A stretch of DNA of 64,000 bases from Candidatus Levyibacteriota bacterium (GCA_043823085.1 JBDRBE010000004.1:269992-333991), one strand, 5' to 3'. Shown: positions 16,050 to 26,141, numbered from the stretch's first letter. Translations and numbers: made by a program. Notes: generated from the sequence alone by a model not told the origin.

Positions 16050-17231
16050 ATGGACAAAATTGAAGAACTACTGACAAGAGGTATTGCAAATATTATTCCT
16101 TCAAAAAAGGAACTGGAAAAATTACTGCGTTCAAAAAAAACTTTGAATGTTTATCTTGGTATTGATCCGACCATGACCGAAATTCATTTAGGACACGCCG
16201 TACCCTTGCGTAAACTTCAAATGCTTGCAGATCTTGGCGCCAATGTTACTTTCTTAATTGGCGATTTTACTGCCCTCATTGGCGATACATCGGATAAAGA
16301 CTCCGAAAGACCGGTTTTGACTTCCGAACAAATTGAAAAGAACTTTAAGGATTACAAAAAACAGGCTGAAAAAATTCTTGATTTTTCCAAGGTCAAAATT
16401 AAATTTAACAGTGAATGGTTGAAAGAATTAAGTTTCACAGAAATTGTAAAGTTTTGTCAACATTTTTCAGTTGGCGACTTTGTAAGCCGTGAATTAATTA
16501 AAAAAAGATTAAATGAAGGAAAAAGAGTAGGACTACATGAGTTACTTTATCCGGTGATGCAAGGCTACGATAGTTATTTTTTAGATAGCGATATTCAAAT
16601 AGGCGGAACCGACCAAACCTTTAATATGCAAGCCGGTAGAACTCTTCAAAAAGATTTAAGAGATAAAGAATCATTCATTATTGCCACCCAATTTTTAATG
16701 GGAACTGACGGCCGAAAAATGAGCAAGACGTGGGGAAACGCAATTTGGCTTGATGATAAGCCCTCCGACATGTACGCTAAGATCATGGCGATACGGGATG
16801 ATTTAATAATTGAATATTTTACTTTAGCAACAAACATTCCGCTTTCTCAAATTGAAAATTTAAAAGAAGAAGTCAAATCAAATCCTTTAAAAGCAAAAAA
16901 GAAATTAGCCAATGAGATTGTAAAAGAATTGCATGGGCAAAATGAAACGGATATTGCAGCCCAAAATTTTGAAAAAACAGTCCAAAAAAAAGAAACGCCT
17001 TCTGAAATGACTATTTTTTCATTATCGAAAACATTTGTGTCTGGAGCGTCAATATCTGATGTCCTTGTTCGAACAGAACTCTCATTAAGTAAATCAGAAG
17101 CGAAAAGACTAATAGAACAAAGAGGCGTATCTGTTGATAACCAAGTAATTTCGAATCCCAATACACCATTTAAAGGAGAATTTATTAAGGTCGGAAAAAG
17201 AAAATTTGTAAAAATTAAGGTTGAGGATTGA
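16050..17231 (+). CDS. tyrS: Tyrosine--tRNA ligase
   Basis: GIDPT...HLGH, YPVMQGYD, GGTDQTFN, KMSKT, C-terminal S4 domain; ATG 16050. Confidence 0.97.
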   Translation: MDKIEELLTRGIANIIPSKKELEKLLRSKKTLNVYLGIDPTMTEIHLGHAVPLRKLQMLADLGANVTFLIGDFTALIGDTSDKDSERPVLTSEQIEKNFKDYKKQAEKILDFSKVKIKFNSEWLKELSFTEIVKFCQHFSVGDFVSRELIKKRLNEGKRVGLHELLYPVMQGYDSYFLDSDIQIGGTDQTFNMQAGRTLQKDLRDKESFIIATQFLMGTDGRKMSKTWGNAIWLDDKPSDMYAKIMAIRDDLIIEYFTLATNIPLSQIENLKEEVKSNPLKAKKKLANEIVKELHGQNETDIAAQNFEKTVQKKETPSEMTIFSLSKTFVSGASISDVLVRTELSLSKSEAKRLIEQRGVSVDNQVISNPNTPFKGEFIKVGKRKFVKIKVED

Positions 17232-17238
17232 GGAAAAA

Positions 17239-18831
17239 ATGGCAGGAAAAACTGATAAATACGCGATCATTAGTGTTTTTGATAAAGAGGGGATTGTTGA
17301 ACTTGCAAAGACTCTAGATGAACTTGGCTACAAAATAATTTCTACCGGCGGGACGGCAAAAATTTTAAGCGAGAATAAAATTCCAGTAATTCCGGTTTCC
17401 CAAATTACTAAAAACCCAGAAAGTTTTGACGGCAGAATGAAAACCATCAGTTTTCAAATTGAATCGGGAATTTTATTTGATAGAAATAATCCAAAACATA
17501 CTAAAGAGGCAAAAACTCTCGGAATAAAACCAATCGATATTGTAATTTGCAACCTTTATCCTTTTGAAAAAACTATTGAAAATCCAAAAGTAAAATTAAA
17601 TGATGCTATAGAAAATATTGATATTGGGGGACCGACAATGATTAGAGCCGCGGCAAAAAACTTTAAAAATGTTTTGGTTGTTGTCGACCCGAAAGATTAT
17701 GAGATGGTTACAAAGTATTATCATGCTGAGCGAAGCGAAGCATCCCGAGACTCTTCGCTTGCGGCTCAGAATGACATACGGAAGGAACTGGCTGCAAAAG
17801 CCTTTACCCACTTATCTTTTTACGATTCACAGATTGGTAAATTTTTAAACAGTGAGTTATTTCCAAACGAACTAACAATTTCGGGAAGAAAAATTTTTGA
17901 TCTTCGATATGGCGAAAATCCTCACCAAAAATCGGCATTTTATTTAAAACCAAACACTAGGTCTCCGCTTAGAAATTTACAAAAACTTTGGGGCAGAGAA
18001 CTTTCCTATATTAATTTAACTGATATTAATGCAGGTCTTGAATCAGTCAGACTCTTTAGTAGCCCTTGCGCCGTAGTCATAAAACATAATACTCCTTGCG
18101 GAATTGCATTAGGGACTACGATTGATCAAGCTCTTCAAAGAGCGATTGAGGCTGATCCCGAATCTGCTTTTGGCGGAATTATTGTTTTAAATAAACCAAT
18201 AAATTTAAAAGCCGCCAAAGAAATTGGAAAATTTAAAGATGAGAAAAAATCCAACATTGATATTTTGGCAATTCCCAAAATTGATAAAACAACGCTTGAA
18301 TATTTACAAAAAATGAGAAAAACCATGGGTATTTACAGTTTTGGACAAATTCCAAAAGAAAGCGAGGTTGTAAACCTTAAAGGAATTGACGGTGGATTTA
18401 TTCTGCAAACTGCGGATAATAATATTGATGAAAGTTTTAAAAATTGGAAAATTGTAACAAATGTAAAACCGACAAAAAAACAATTAGAGCAAATGCAAAT
18501 TGCCTGGAAATTTATTTCAAGAATAAAGTCTAATTCAATAATTGTTGTTGACAAAACTTTACCGATGACAAGGGGAATAGGATTGGGACAAACGGCAAGA
18601 ATTAGGTCTGCGAAAATCGCGCTTGAACAAGCGGGAAAATATACAAATGGAGCAATTTTGGCAAGTGATAGTTTTTTCCCATTTGATGACGCTGTGAAAC
18701 TCGCAACCAAATTTGGAATTGGCGCAATTGTTCAGCAAGGGGGATCAATTAACGACAAGCTCTCAATTGAAGCCGCAAATAAAGCTGAAATTCCGATGGT
18801 CTTAACCGGCCGCCGCGCCTTCTGGCACTAA
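17239..18831 (+). CDS. purH: Bifunctional AICAR transformylase/IMP cyclohydrolase
   Basis: STGGTA, IDIGGPTMIRAAAKN, LRYGENPHQ, ASDSFFPF. Confidence 0.96.
   Translation: MAGKTDKYAIISVFDKEGIVELAKTLDELGYKIISTGGTAKILSENKIPVIPVSQITKNPESFDGRMKTISFQIESGILFDRNNPKHTKEAKTLGIKPIDIVICNLYPFEKTIENPKVKLNDAIENIDIGGPTMIRAAAKNFKNVLVVVDPKDYEMVTKYYHAERSEASRDSSLAAQNDIRKELAAKAFTHLSFYDSQIGKFLNSELFPNELTISGRKIFDLRYGENPHQKSAFYLKPNTRSPLRNLQKLWGRELSYINLTDINAGLESVRLFSSPCAVVIKHNTPCGIALGTTIDQALQRAIEADPESAFGGIIVLNKPINLKAAKEIGKFKDEKKSNIDILAIPKIDKTTLEYLQKMRKTMGIYSFGQIPKESEVVNLKGIDGGFILQTADNNIDESFKNWKIVTNVKPTKKQLEQMQIAWKFISRIKSNSIIVVDKTLPMTRGIGLGQTARIRSAKIALEQAGKYTNGAILASDSFFPFDDAVKLATKFGIGAIVQQGGSINDKLSIEAANKAEIPMVLTGRRAFWH
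17719..17776. repeat. Family-B palindromic element within purH
   Basis: TATCATGCTGAGC...GCTCAGAATGACA ends; encodes HAERSEASRDSSLAAQND. Confidence 0.8.
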
Positions 18832-18858
18832 GTAGACAAAATGTGATAAAATTTAAAT

Positions 18859-18960
18859 ATGGAAATGTTTAGAAAACATAAGTGGATTTGGACAATAATT
18901 GTTATAATTTCATCCTTTGCATTAATTGCAACATCCTTCCTCCCGTTTATCTTGAGATAA
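18859..18960 (+). CDS. 33-aa single-pass membrane microprotein, not in ORF track
   Basis: MEMFRKHKWIWTIIVIISSFALIATSFLPFILR*; TGATAAAAT 6 nt upstream; fills the gap before recG. Confidence 0.7.
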   Translation: MEMFRKHKWIWTIIVIISSFALIATSFLPFILR

Positions 18961-18969
18961 AAACTTATT

Positions 18970-21000
18970 ATGGATTTAAAAACTCCAATTAGACAAGCCG
19001 GTAGGCTTTATAAAATGTACGCTTTGCGGCTTGAAAAATTGGGAATTGAAACTTTCCAAGACTTTTTATATCATGTCCCTTTCCGCTATGAGAATTATTC
19101 ATTAATCTCTAAAATTTCACAGGTTCAAACTGGTGAAGCAGTAACTATTCAAGGGAAAGTTATTGAAATTAAAAACATCTATACCCGAGGGTTTAAAAGA
19201 ATTCAAAAAGCAAAAATAGCAGATGAAAGCGGCGAAATCGAAGCTGTTTGGTTTAATCAACCTTTTTTACTGCAATACATTCACAAAAACGACATGATTA
19301 GCCTTTCGGGAAAAGCAGGATTCTTTCATAATAAATTAGTTTTAAAATCACCGGAATATGAATTAAAGACCGATAACGAATATATTCATACAGGAAGATT
19401 AGTTCCAATATATCCTGAAACTAGGGGAGTATCTTCAAAATGGCTGCGGCGTCAAATTTACAAACTTTTGAAGGAACAAAGACAAAATTTGTTCGAGTAT
19501 CTTCCTGACTCAATTATCAAAGACGTCGACTTAATAGGATTTAATGATGCAATTGAACAAATTCATTTTCCAAAAAGTCACGATTTAGCGGATAAAGCAA
19601 GATATCGTCTTTCTTTTGACGAGTTGTTTTTAATGCAACTTAGGGCAAAACAGAAACGAAGCCAGTGGAAAAAAAATCTGGTAGGCCATCCTTTTAAAAT
19701 CTCAAAATTCAAAAATAACATTCAGGAGTTTTGGGATAAATTGCCTTTTGAGTTAACAAATGCACAAAAAAAAGCTGTCAAAGAAATTTTTCAAGATCTG
19801 GCAGGTAAAAAACCAATGAACAGGCTTTTAGAGGGAGATGTCGGCAGCGGAAAAACTGTTGTCAGCGCAATTGCCATGTATCTTGCTTTTTTAAACGGTT
19901 TTCAATCAGTTTTAATGGCACCAACGGAAATTTTGGCAGGCCAACATTACAAAACAATCTCCGATCTTTTATCTCCCCTTGGAGTCAGAGTTAATTTAGT
20001 CACAGGGGGTAAAAAACATAATTCATTATTCATGATTCAAAATTTAAACATACTGATAGGAACCCACGCATTATTAAATGATAAAATTAAACTTGATAAT
20101 TTAGGACTTGTCGTTATTGACGAACAACAGCGTTTTGGAGTAGAACAGAGAGCACTCATCCGCTCTAAAGGAAAAAACCCGCATCTTTTAACAATGACAG
20201 CAACGCCAATTCCAAGAACTATCGCCCTAACTTTGTACGGAGATTTAGATCTTTCATATTTAGACGAAATGCCACAGGGAAGAAAAATAGTTAAAACTTG
20301 GCTCGTTCCTTTGGAAAAAAGAAATTCTGCGTATGAATGGATTAAAAAACAAATTAAAGAATTTAAATCGCAGGCTTTTATCATTTGCCCGTTTATAGAA
20401 GAGTCGGAAAGCATGCAGACTGTTAAAGCGGCAAAAAAAGAATTTGAGAGACTAAAAGAAAAAATTTTTATAAAAGAAAGGGTCGGTCTTTTGCACGGGA
20501 AGCTAAAAGGAAAAGAAAAAGATAAAATACTCCAAGATTTCAAAAATAAAGAATTTGATATTCTTGTTGCAACGCCTGTTGTAGAAGTTGGAATTGATAT
20601 TCCCAATGCAACAATGATAGTTATTGAAGCGGCCGACCGTTTTGGTCTTGCGCAGCTTCACCAACTTCGGGGAAGAGTAGGCCGAGGCGACAAACAATCC
20701 TATTGTTTACTGTTTACTGAATCAAAAAATTATGAAACATATAAAAGATTAAAAGCGATGGAAAAAATGCATATCGGAGCAGAACTTTCCGAACTTGATT
20801 TGAAAATGCGAGGCCCCGGAGAAATGTATGGCACAATGCAGCACGGAATAAAACACTTGAAAATTGCCAGCTTTTCAAATTTTGTTTTAATTGAAAAAGC
20901 TAAAAAAGAAGCCGAAAATATTTTTCTAAAATTAAATAATTATCCAAAACTCCAAGAGAAATTAAACGAAATAAGTCACAAGCCCATTTCCCCGGACTGA
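18970..21000 (+). CDS. recG: ATP-dependent DNA helicase RecG
   Basis: GDVGSGKT, DEQQ, MTATPIPRT, QLHQLRGRVGRG. Confidence 0.97.
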   Translation: MDLKTPIRQAGRLYKMYALRLEKLGIETFQDFLYHVPFRYENYSLISKISQVQTGEAVTIQGKVIEIKNIYTRGFKRIQKAKIADESGEIEAVWFNQPFLLQYIHKNDMISLSGKAGFFHNKLVLKSPEYELKTDNEYIHTGRLVPIYPETRGVSSKWLRRQIYKLLKEQRQNLFEYLPDSIIKDVDLIGFNDAIEQIHFPKSHDLADKARYRLSFDELFLMQLRAKQKRSQWKKNLVGHPFKISKFKNNIQEFWDKLPFELTNAQKKAVKEIFQDLAGKKPMNRLLEGDVGSGKTVVSAIAMYLAFLNGFQSVLMAPTEILAGQHYKTISDLLSPLGVRVNLVTGGKKHNSLFMIQNLNILIGTHALLNDKIKLDNLGLVVIDEQQRFGVEQRALIRSKGKNPHLLTMTATPIPRTIALTLYGDLDLSYLDEMPQGRKIVKTWLVPLEKRNSAYEWIKKQIKEFKSQAFIICPFIEESESMQTVKAAKKEFERLKEKIFIKERVGLLHGKLKGKEKDKILQDFKNKEFDILVATPVVEVGIDIPNATMIVIEAADRFGLAQLHQLRGRVGRGDKQSYCLLFTESKNYETYKRLKAMEKMHIGAELSELDLKMRGPGEMYGTMQHGIKHLKIASFSNFVLIEKAKKEAENIFLKLNNYPKLQEKLNEISHKPISPD

Positions 21001-21009
21001 TAAGCAAAC

Positions 21010-21723
21010 CTACTCTGAAGGGGCAATTCCATAAATCGTAATTAGAGTTCCGGGATTATCTTTGCTGGCATATGTCAAATTTCCGTTTGTCGGAGGATCA
21101 GCCCAATAATAAAGCTTTTCTACGTCATCCGTTTTCATATTAACGCAACCATGGCTCATCGGATGACCAAAATTATTATGCCAATAAGTCCCATGCAGGC
21201 TAAATCCGCGCGCCATTGCAGTTTCATTGTTGTAAAAAAACATCACAAACGGCACATTTGGAAGATTATAATAAGTCCCGATCGCCGCATTTCCCCCTGC
21301 CATCCTGGTATATCTTAACTTCACCCAAATATGAAAATCTCCGGTCGGTGTTCGACCCCACTTCCCCGAAGATACTAAAAAACTATAAACCAATTTCTCG
21401 CCTTCATATGCATAAAGTCTTTGTTTGGTTAGATCAATTAAAATATGTTTTGGCTGTCCCGTACTTTCTCCCAAAACCGGTTTTATCCATTTATCGCTTG
21501 CAATCTCTTTAGGAATAGAAACTTTTTGACCCAAAAATATTCCCTCATTTTTATTGTGCTCAAATTGACCGGATAAATCTTTAATACAGCTAATGGAATT
21601 AGCGCAAGGAGGTTCTTTTTTAGCAAAAAAGAGCAAAGTAAACGCAGACAAAACTAAAATTAGAACTATTGATATTGGTGCTGATCTCAAAAAATGGAAT
21701 TTCTTTTTTCTATTTTTAGCCAT
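21010..21723 (-). CDS. L,D-transpeptidase (YkuD family)
   Basis: HGTYWHNNFG.PMSHGCVN catalytic motif; N-terminal TM. Confidence 0.93.
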   Translation of the reverse strand: MAKNRKKKFHFLRSAPISIVLILVLSAFTLLFFAKKEPPCANSISCIKDLSGQFEHNKNEGIFLGQKVSIPKEIASDKWIKPVLGESTGQPKHILIDLTKQRLYAYEGEKLVYSFLVSSGKWGRTPTGDFHIWVKLRYTRMAGGNAAIGTYYNLPNVPFVMFFYNNETAMARGFSLHGTYWHNNFGHPMSHGCVNMKTDDVEKLYYWADPPTNGNLTYASKDNPGTLITIYGIAPSE

Positions 21724-21775
21724 TTCTTCTAGCCTAGCAATAAAAAAACCAAAAGTAAAGCGGAATATGGAGAGT

Positions 21776-22441
21776 TTATCTTGCCGAACTTACGGGCGGA
21801 GCGGGTTCTATTGGTTTTATAACGCCTCTTTGTTCCAAAACCGTGACTGCTGAAGCTAAGGCCTCTTTTCCAGTAGTCTCACCTGTTGGCCTTAATGCAT
21901 ATAAATCTTCAGAAGAAGTGCCAGACAATTCAGGCACCCCTTTCTTGTATGCAGATCGTCCATGTATAATCATGGCTTCTTCTACGACACATCCCTTACC
22001 GTAGTGAATATATATAGTTACTTTATCGCCTCCCTGTCCGGCTGGAGGCTCACTTGCATAACGTCGAGAAGACAAACCATGTAGATCTATCTCCTCTCTT
22101 AACACAAATCTCCCCTCAGTATCTTTCTCCACAACCCTTGTTTTAACATTTTGCTTTACGTTAAGTCCTTTTAAGTCTGCAGGATCATCAGGGAGTTCGC
22201 TTTTAGTCCATTCCACTGCTGAATTATTTGTAAATGGTTTACCGGCAGAAAGCATTTCCAGTTGGGCCGCAGAAAGATTGTTCTCTGCTATCCGAAGAGC
22301 CAGTGATTCAATCTTACTCCAAAGCGCTATTTCTTCTTCACTATGCTCTGCCACAGCCACCGTTGTTGAAGGAGCCGTTGCTGGATTTGAGTCTGCCGCC
22401 TTGTCAGGAATAATTCTACTACCTGGTACTTCATTTACCAT
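21776..22441 (-). CDS. Orphan hypothetical protein
   Basis: 221-aa ORF with own TTGACT/TGATAAAAT promoter just upstream. Confidence 0.7.
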   Translation of the reverse strand: MVNEVPGSRIIPDKAADSNPATAPSTTVAVAEHSEEEIALWSKIESLALRIAENNLSAAQLEMLSAGKPFTNNSAVEWTKSELPDDPADLKGLNVKQNVKTRVVEKDTEGRFVLREEIDLHGLSSRRYASEPPAGQGGDKVTIYIHYGKGCVVEEAMIIHGRSAYKKGVPELSGTSSEDLYALRPTGETTGKEALASAVTVLEQRGVIKPIEPAPPVSSAR

Positions 22442-22636
22442 AACGACATTTTATCAATACAACCTACTTAAGTCAAGAACTATTAGCTCCTAAGTGTTAT
22501 CTATTTTGTTTTAAACATATCAATTAAGAGGGTGTAAAATCCAAACCCCAAACTCGCATCATAAATTATATGAATTGCGACATGAAGTAATTTACCACTT
22601 GACAAGCCTATCGTGGTTATGTGGTATAATACAAAC

Positions 22637-22699
22637 GGTCGCCAGGTAATGGCGCCCATCGAAAACAGGTCTTTAGCTAAAAAAGCGAAGACCTTTTTT
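22637..22699 (+). ncRNA. Putative small RNA convergent with and overlapping the DUF3800-like gene 3' end
   Basis: TG-G-TATAAT(22622-22630); hairpin GGTCGCCA-GGTAA-TGGCGCC; terminator AGGTCTT...AAGACCT followed by T5. Confidence 0.6.
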
Positions 22700-23455
22700 C
22701 GTATTATCAGGGAAAAACTTTAATCCAAAACCATCAAGGATACCATTTTGCATATAAAGTTTCTGAAGAGTAATTTCGTTAAATCTCCAGTATTCACTTT
22801 GCTTTTTATTATATTCAAAAACATGAAATATAGGGTAACAATACAAATCGGCGATTTGAATACCGACGGTTTTATCTGAGGTTGAAAATAAAAGGCGTTC
22901 GATAATATTGGGACATTTGTTTAATATGCCACTTGGCTCCCACCTCATTTTATTATGTAATCTATCTAGTTCTTGTCCAATATAATGTTTTTCAACTTGT
23001 CCTTCTCTTGAATCTATGATGCAAATTCCACAAGCCTTTTCTTTTCCAAGATATTTTTGAAACCGTTCAAGAAGAAAGACATATGCAACATCGTAAGGGT
23101 TTTGCGAAGGGTATTGCTTCCAATAACCTTTTTTACCGATAACAACAGAATATAATACAACAGGAATATTTTTTAAAAAATCGGTCATTTTAGCTTCCAA
23201 TTCATCATATTTTGCCCTATCGTTCAATTTAATAGGCGAGGATTCTTTTAAATCTGGATTTGCATACCGAAGAAAATTGGACTTTATTTCAATATCAGGA
23301 TTTTGGAAGAATTTTGTTTTAATATCACGAAGTTTGCTTTCGATAATCGAAATGTTATTCTCGTTAATAATACAACCTGTTAAAGCTAAAAATTTACTAC
23401 CATTTTGACTAATAGGCACTGTATCACCAGATTCATCAATATACATTATTTGCAT
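22673..23455 (-). CDS. DUF3800-like protein (RNase H-like acidic motifs)
   Basis: N-terminal YIDESG, EIKS, IIDSR, GIQIADL motifs. Confidence 0.85.
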   Translation of the reverse strand: MQIMYIDESGDTVPISQNGSKFLALTGCIINENNISIIESKLRDIKTKFFQNPDIEIKSNFLRYANPDLKESSPIKLNDRAKYDELEAKMTDFLKNIPVVLYSVVIGKKGYWKQYPSQNPYDVAYVFLLERFQKYLGKEKACGICIIDSREGQVEKHYIGQELDRLHNKMRWEPSGILNKCPNIIERLLFSTSDKTVGIQIADLYCYPIFHVFEYNKKQSEYWRFNEITLQKLYMQNGILDGFGLKFFPDNTKKGLRFFS

Positions 23456-23601
23456 AAATAAAGTATAACATAATTATAAAAAACGATATAAACTATTGAC
23501 TTTACTTACTTCTTGTTACATTCTTCTTGAAGACTTAAGAAGACGAAGCTCTATAATCCGCGGTTGCGAAAAGTTTGAAAATTTAGTAGAATACAAAAGT
23601 T

Positions 23602-23802
23602 ATGCCGCAGGAACCAAAAAAAAGACATTCCAGACAAAGACAAGGAAAAAGACGAGCAAGTATTAGACTTAAAGCAAAAAAGGGAGTCGCATGTCCAAAT
23701 TGTAAAAGTTTAATATCGCCGCACACGATTTGCAAGAATTGCGGATATTACAAAGGAAAACTAATAATCATAAAGAAGGAAAAGAAGGAAAAACCCGCCT
23801 AA
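23602..23802 (+). CDS. rpmF: 50S ribosomal protein L32
   Basis: PKKRHSRQRQGKRR, CPNC...HTICKNCGYY; the stop codon lies inside an inserted element. Confidence 0.95.
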   Translation: MPQEPKKRHSRQRQGKRRASIRLKAKKGVACPNCKSLISPHTICKNCGYYKGKLIIIKKEKKEKPA

Positions 23803-23867
23803 GTTTACCGTTCGCCTTTTTGGTACTATTCGCACACGGCTCACGGAGCACTTGTTCGGCGGGCAAG
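23794..23867 (-). repeat. 74-bp family-A element with 51-nt structured cargo (copy 2)
   Basis: Minus-strand ends CTTGCCCGCC and TTAGGCGGG; core homologous to 1794-1844. Confidence 0.85.
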
Positions 23868-23891
23868 GAAAAAAACCGAAAATACTAAAAA

Positions 23892-24248
23892 ATGAAAACC
23901 CCATTTGATCCGCGGCATAAGAAGCGGCAGAAATTAATTGAGGAATTATTTAGAATCGAATTTCACAAGCAAAAAGTAAGTAAAAATGCCGAAAATATTA
24001 CATCCAACCTGAATCTTATTGACAGGCAAATCGAAAAATCAGCGCCTGAATTTCCGGTTAAAAAAATAAATAAAATAGATTTGGCAATTTTAAGACTCGC
24101 GGTTTTCGAACTTTTAATCGAAAAAAAAGAACCGCCAAAAGTAATCGTTGACGAAGCAATAGAACTAGCAAAAGAATATGGCCAAGATACAAGCTCGAGT
24201 TTTATAAACGGGGTACTTGGCAATATTTTAAACTATGAAAAAAAATAA
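23892..24248 (+). CDS. nusB: Transcription antitermination factor NusB
   Basis: IDLAILRLA, VIVDEAIELAKEYG...FINGVL. Confidence 0.95.
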   Translation: MKTPFDPRHKKRQKLIEELFRIEFHKQKVSKNAENITSNLNLIDRQIEKSAPEFPVKKINKIDLAILRLAVFELLIEKKEPPKVIVDEAIELAKEYGQDTSSSFINGVLGNILNYEKK

Positions 24249-24951
24249 ACTTCTCCCGCAAAGCGGGATCTTGCCCAGCGAGACAAAATTTAAAAACAAA
24301 AAACTTTTTGATCAAGCATTTACACATCGTTCGTATCTAAATGAGATCAAGCATCTCGAAAAAAACGGACAAAAAGTTGAGTCAAATGAACGACTGGAGT
24401 TTTTGGGCGACAGCATTCTTTCTTTTATCGTATCCGACTATTTATTTAAAAAATATCCAAGTTTTGATGAAGGAACATTAACCAACCTTCGCGCTCTTTT
24501 GGTTAATACAAAAAGTCTTGCACTTATTGCAAAAGATTTAGATTTTGGAAATTTATTAAAAATTTCAAAAGGCGAAGAGGAATCAAAAGGTCGGCAAAAC
24601 CAAAGCATGCTGGCAGACAGTTTTGAAGCTTTTATTGGAGCGCTGTTTATCGATCAAGGAATCTCAATAGTTTACTCTTTTCTCGAAAAAATTCTGCTTA
24701 GTAAAATTGAAGCTTTGATACAAAAAAGCAGTTTTAAAGACCCAAAAAGTCTTCTACAAGAATCTGTCCAATCCAAAAAACAAAACTCGCCAATTTATAA
24801 GGTATTAAGAGAAAAAGGGCCTGCTCATGATAAAATTTTTACAGTGGGTGTTTTTGTTCAAGAAAGCATGGTAGGTTCAGGTCTTGGACGATCCAAACAA
24901 GAAGCGGAAGAAAACGCCGCTAAAGTCGCCCTTGAGAAGCTACGTAAATAA
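24235..24951 (+). CDS. rnc: Ribonuclease III
   Basis: AFTHRSY, NERLEFLGDSIL, ADSFEAFIGA, dsRBD; family-C hairpin insertion near N-terminus (24254-24284). Confidence 0.97.
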   Translation: MKKNKLLPQSGILPSETKFKNKKLFDQAFTHRSYLNEIKHLEKNGQKVESNERLEFLGDSILSFIVSDYLFKKYPSFDEGTLTNLRALLVNTKSLALIAKDLDFGNLLKISKGEEESKGRQNQSMLADSFEAFIGALFIDQGISIVYSFLEKILLSKIEALIQKSSFKDPKSLLQESVQSKKQNSPIYKVLREKGPAHDKIFTVGVFVQESMVGSGLGRSKQEAEENAAKVALEKLRK

Positions 24952-24967
24952 TGCTAAAATATACAAC

Positions 24968-25195
24968 ATGTCAGTTGTAATTAGATTAACCAGGATGGGT
25001 AAAAAAGGCGAGAGAAAATTTCGCATTATTGCTAAAGAGAAGCGAAGCAAAAGAGACGGAAAAGCAATAGAAATTTTAGGCTGGTACGAAAAGGGTATTT
25101 CTACTCAAAAAAAACAGCTTAATAAAGACCGAATCAAATACTGGATATCTCAAGGAGCGGAAGTTACAAAAACTGTTAGCAAATTACTTGAATAA
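24968..25195 (+). CDS. rpsP: 30S ribosomal protein S16
   Basis: VVIRLTRMGKK...KRDGKAIEILGWY; ATG 24968. Confidence 0.95.
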   Translation: MSVVIRLTRMGKKGERKFRIIAKEKRSKRDGKAIEILGWYEKGISTQKKQLNKDRIKYWISQGAEVTKTVSKLLE

Positions 25196-25205
25196 AATTC
25201 AGAAT

Positions 25206-25445
25206 ATGAAAAAAGCGCTTTTATATATAGTTTCTTCAATCGTCGATAACCCCAAAAAGGTTGATATTGAAGAAAAAGAAGAAGACGGAATTATCCAATT
25301 TACTATTAATTTAGCCCAGGAAGATATGGGAAAAGTTATTGGCAAAGAAGGAAAAGTAATTAGAGCAATAAGAAATGTTTTAAAAATTGCCGCTATAAAA
25401 CAAGGAAAAAGAATAAATATAACTCTGGCAGAAAATCTTCCATAG
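25206..25445 (+). CDS. khpA: KH-domain RNA-binding protein KhpA
   Basis: DMGKVIGKEGKVIRAIR; position after rpsP. Confidence 0.9.
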   Translation: MKKALLYIVSSIVDNPKKVDIEEKEEDGIIQFTINLAQEDMGKVIGKEGKVIRAIRNVLKIAAIKQGKRINITLAENLP

Positions 25446-26141
25446 ATGAAAATTTCTATCCTGACGCTATTCCCTGAAATGTTCCAAGGTCCTTTTGACT
25501 GCTCTATTTTAAAACGAGCGAAATACAAAAAATTAATTAACATCAAATTTGTAAATATACGGGATTTTGGTATTGGAAAACACAAAATTGTCGATGATGC
25601 GCCTTACGGCGGCGGGGTAGGAATGGTTATGCGTGTAGATGTCATTAAAAAGGCGGTTGAAAAAACTAAATGCAAAGAAAAATGCAAAGAAAAAGTTTTT
25701 TTTCTTGATCCAAGGGGAAAAACTTTTAATCAAAAGAAGGCAGTTGAGATATCAAAACTTAATCATATAATTTTAATTTGCGGACACTATGAAGGCATCG
25801 ACGAAAGAGTCAGGAAATTTATTGATGAAGAAATTTCTATCGGGGACTACGTGCTAACCGGCGGAGAAATACCCGCCATGGTAATCGTTGACTGCATTTC
25901 CCGCCTTTTGCAAGGTGTTCTCAAAAAAGAAGAAGCTACTCGGTTTGAATCATTCTCTCAAATGGAAAACTTAGTCGAGTACCCTCAATACACAAGACCG
26001 CAAGATTTTAACGGACAAAAAGTTCCGAATATACTTCTTTCGGGAAATCATAAAGAGATCGCAAAGTGGCGAAAAAACATGTCTTTGACATTAACTAAAT
26101 CAAACAGGCCAGATCTTCTAAAAACTTCAGAGAGAACCTGA
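25446..26141 (+). CDS. trmD: tRNA (guanine37-N1)-methyltransferase
   Basis: LTLFPEMF, VDDAPYGGG.GM, CGHYEGIDER, SIGDYVLTGGE. Confidence 0.97.
   Translation: MKISILTLFPEMFQGPFDCSILKRAKYKKLINIKFVNIRDFGIGKHKIVDDAPYGGGVGMVMRVDVIKKAVEKTKCKEKCKEKVFFLDPRGKTFNQKKAVEISKLNHIILICGHYEGIDERVRKFIDEEISIGDYVLTGGEIPAMVIVDCISRLLQGVLKKEEATRFESFSQMENLVEYPQYTRPQDFNGQKVPNILLSGNHKEIAKWRKNMSLTLTKSNRPDLLKTSERT

Noticed and set aside
25195-25446. Absence of rimM between khpA and trmD
   Set aside because: Could be elsewhere in the genome; loss or relocation is unremarkable in reduced genomes.
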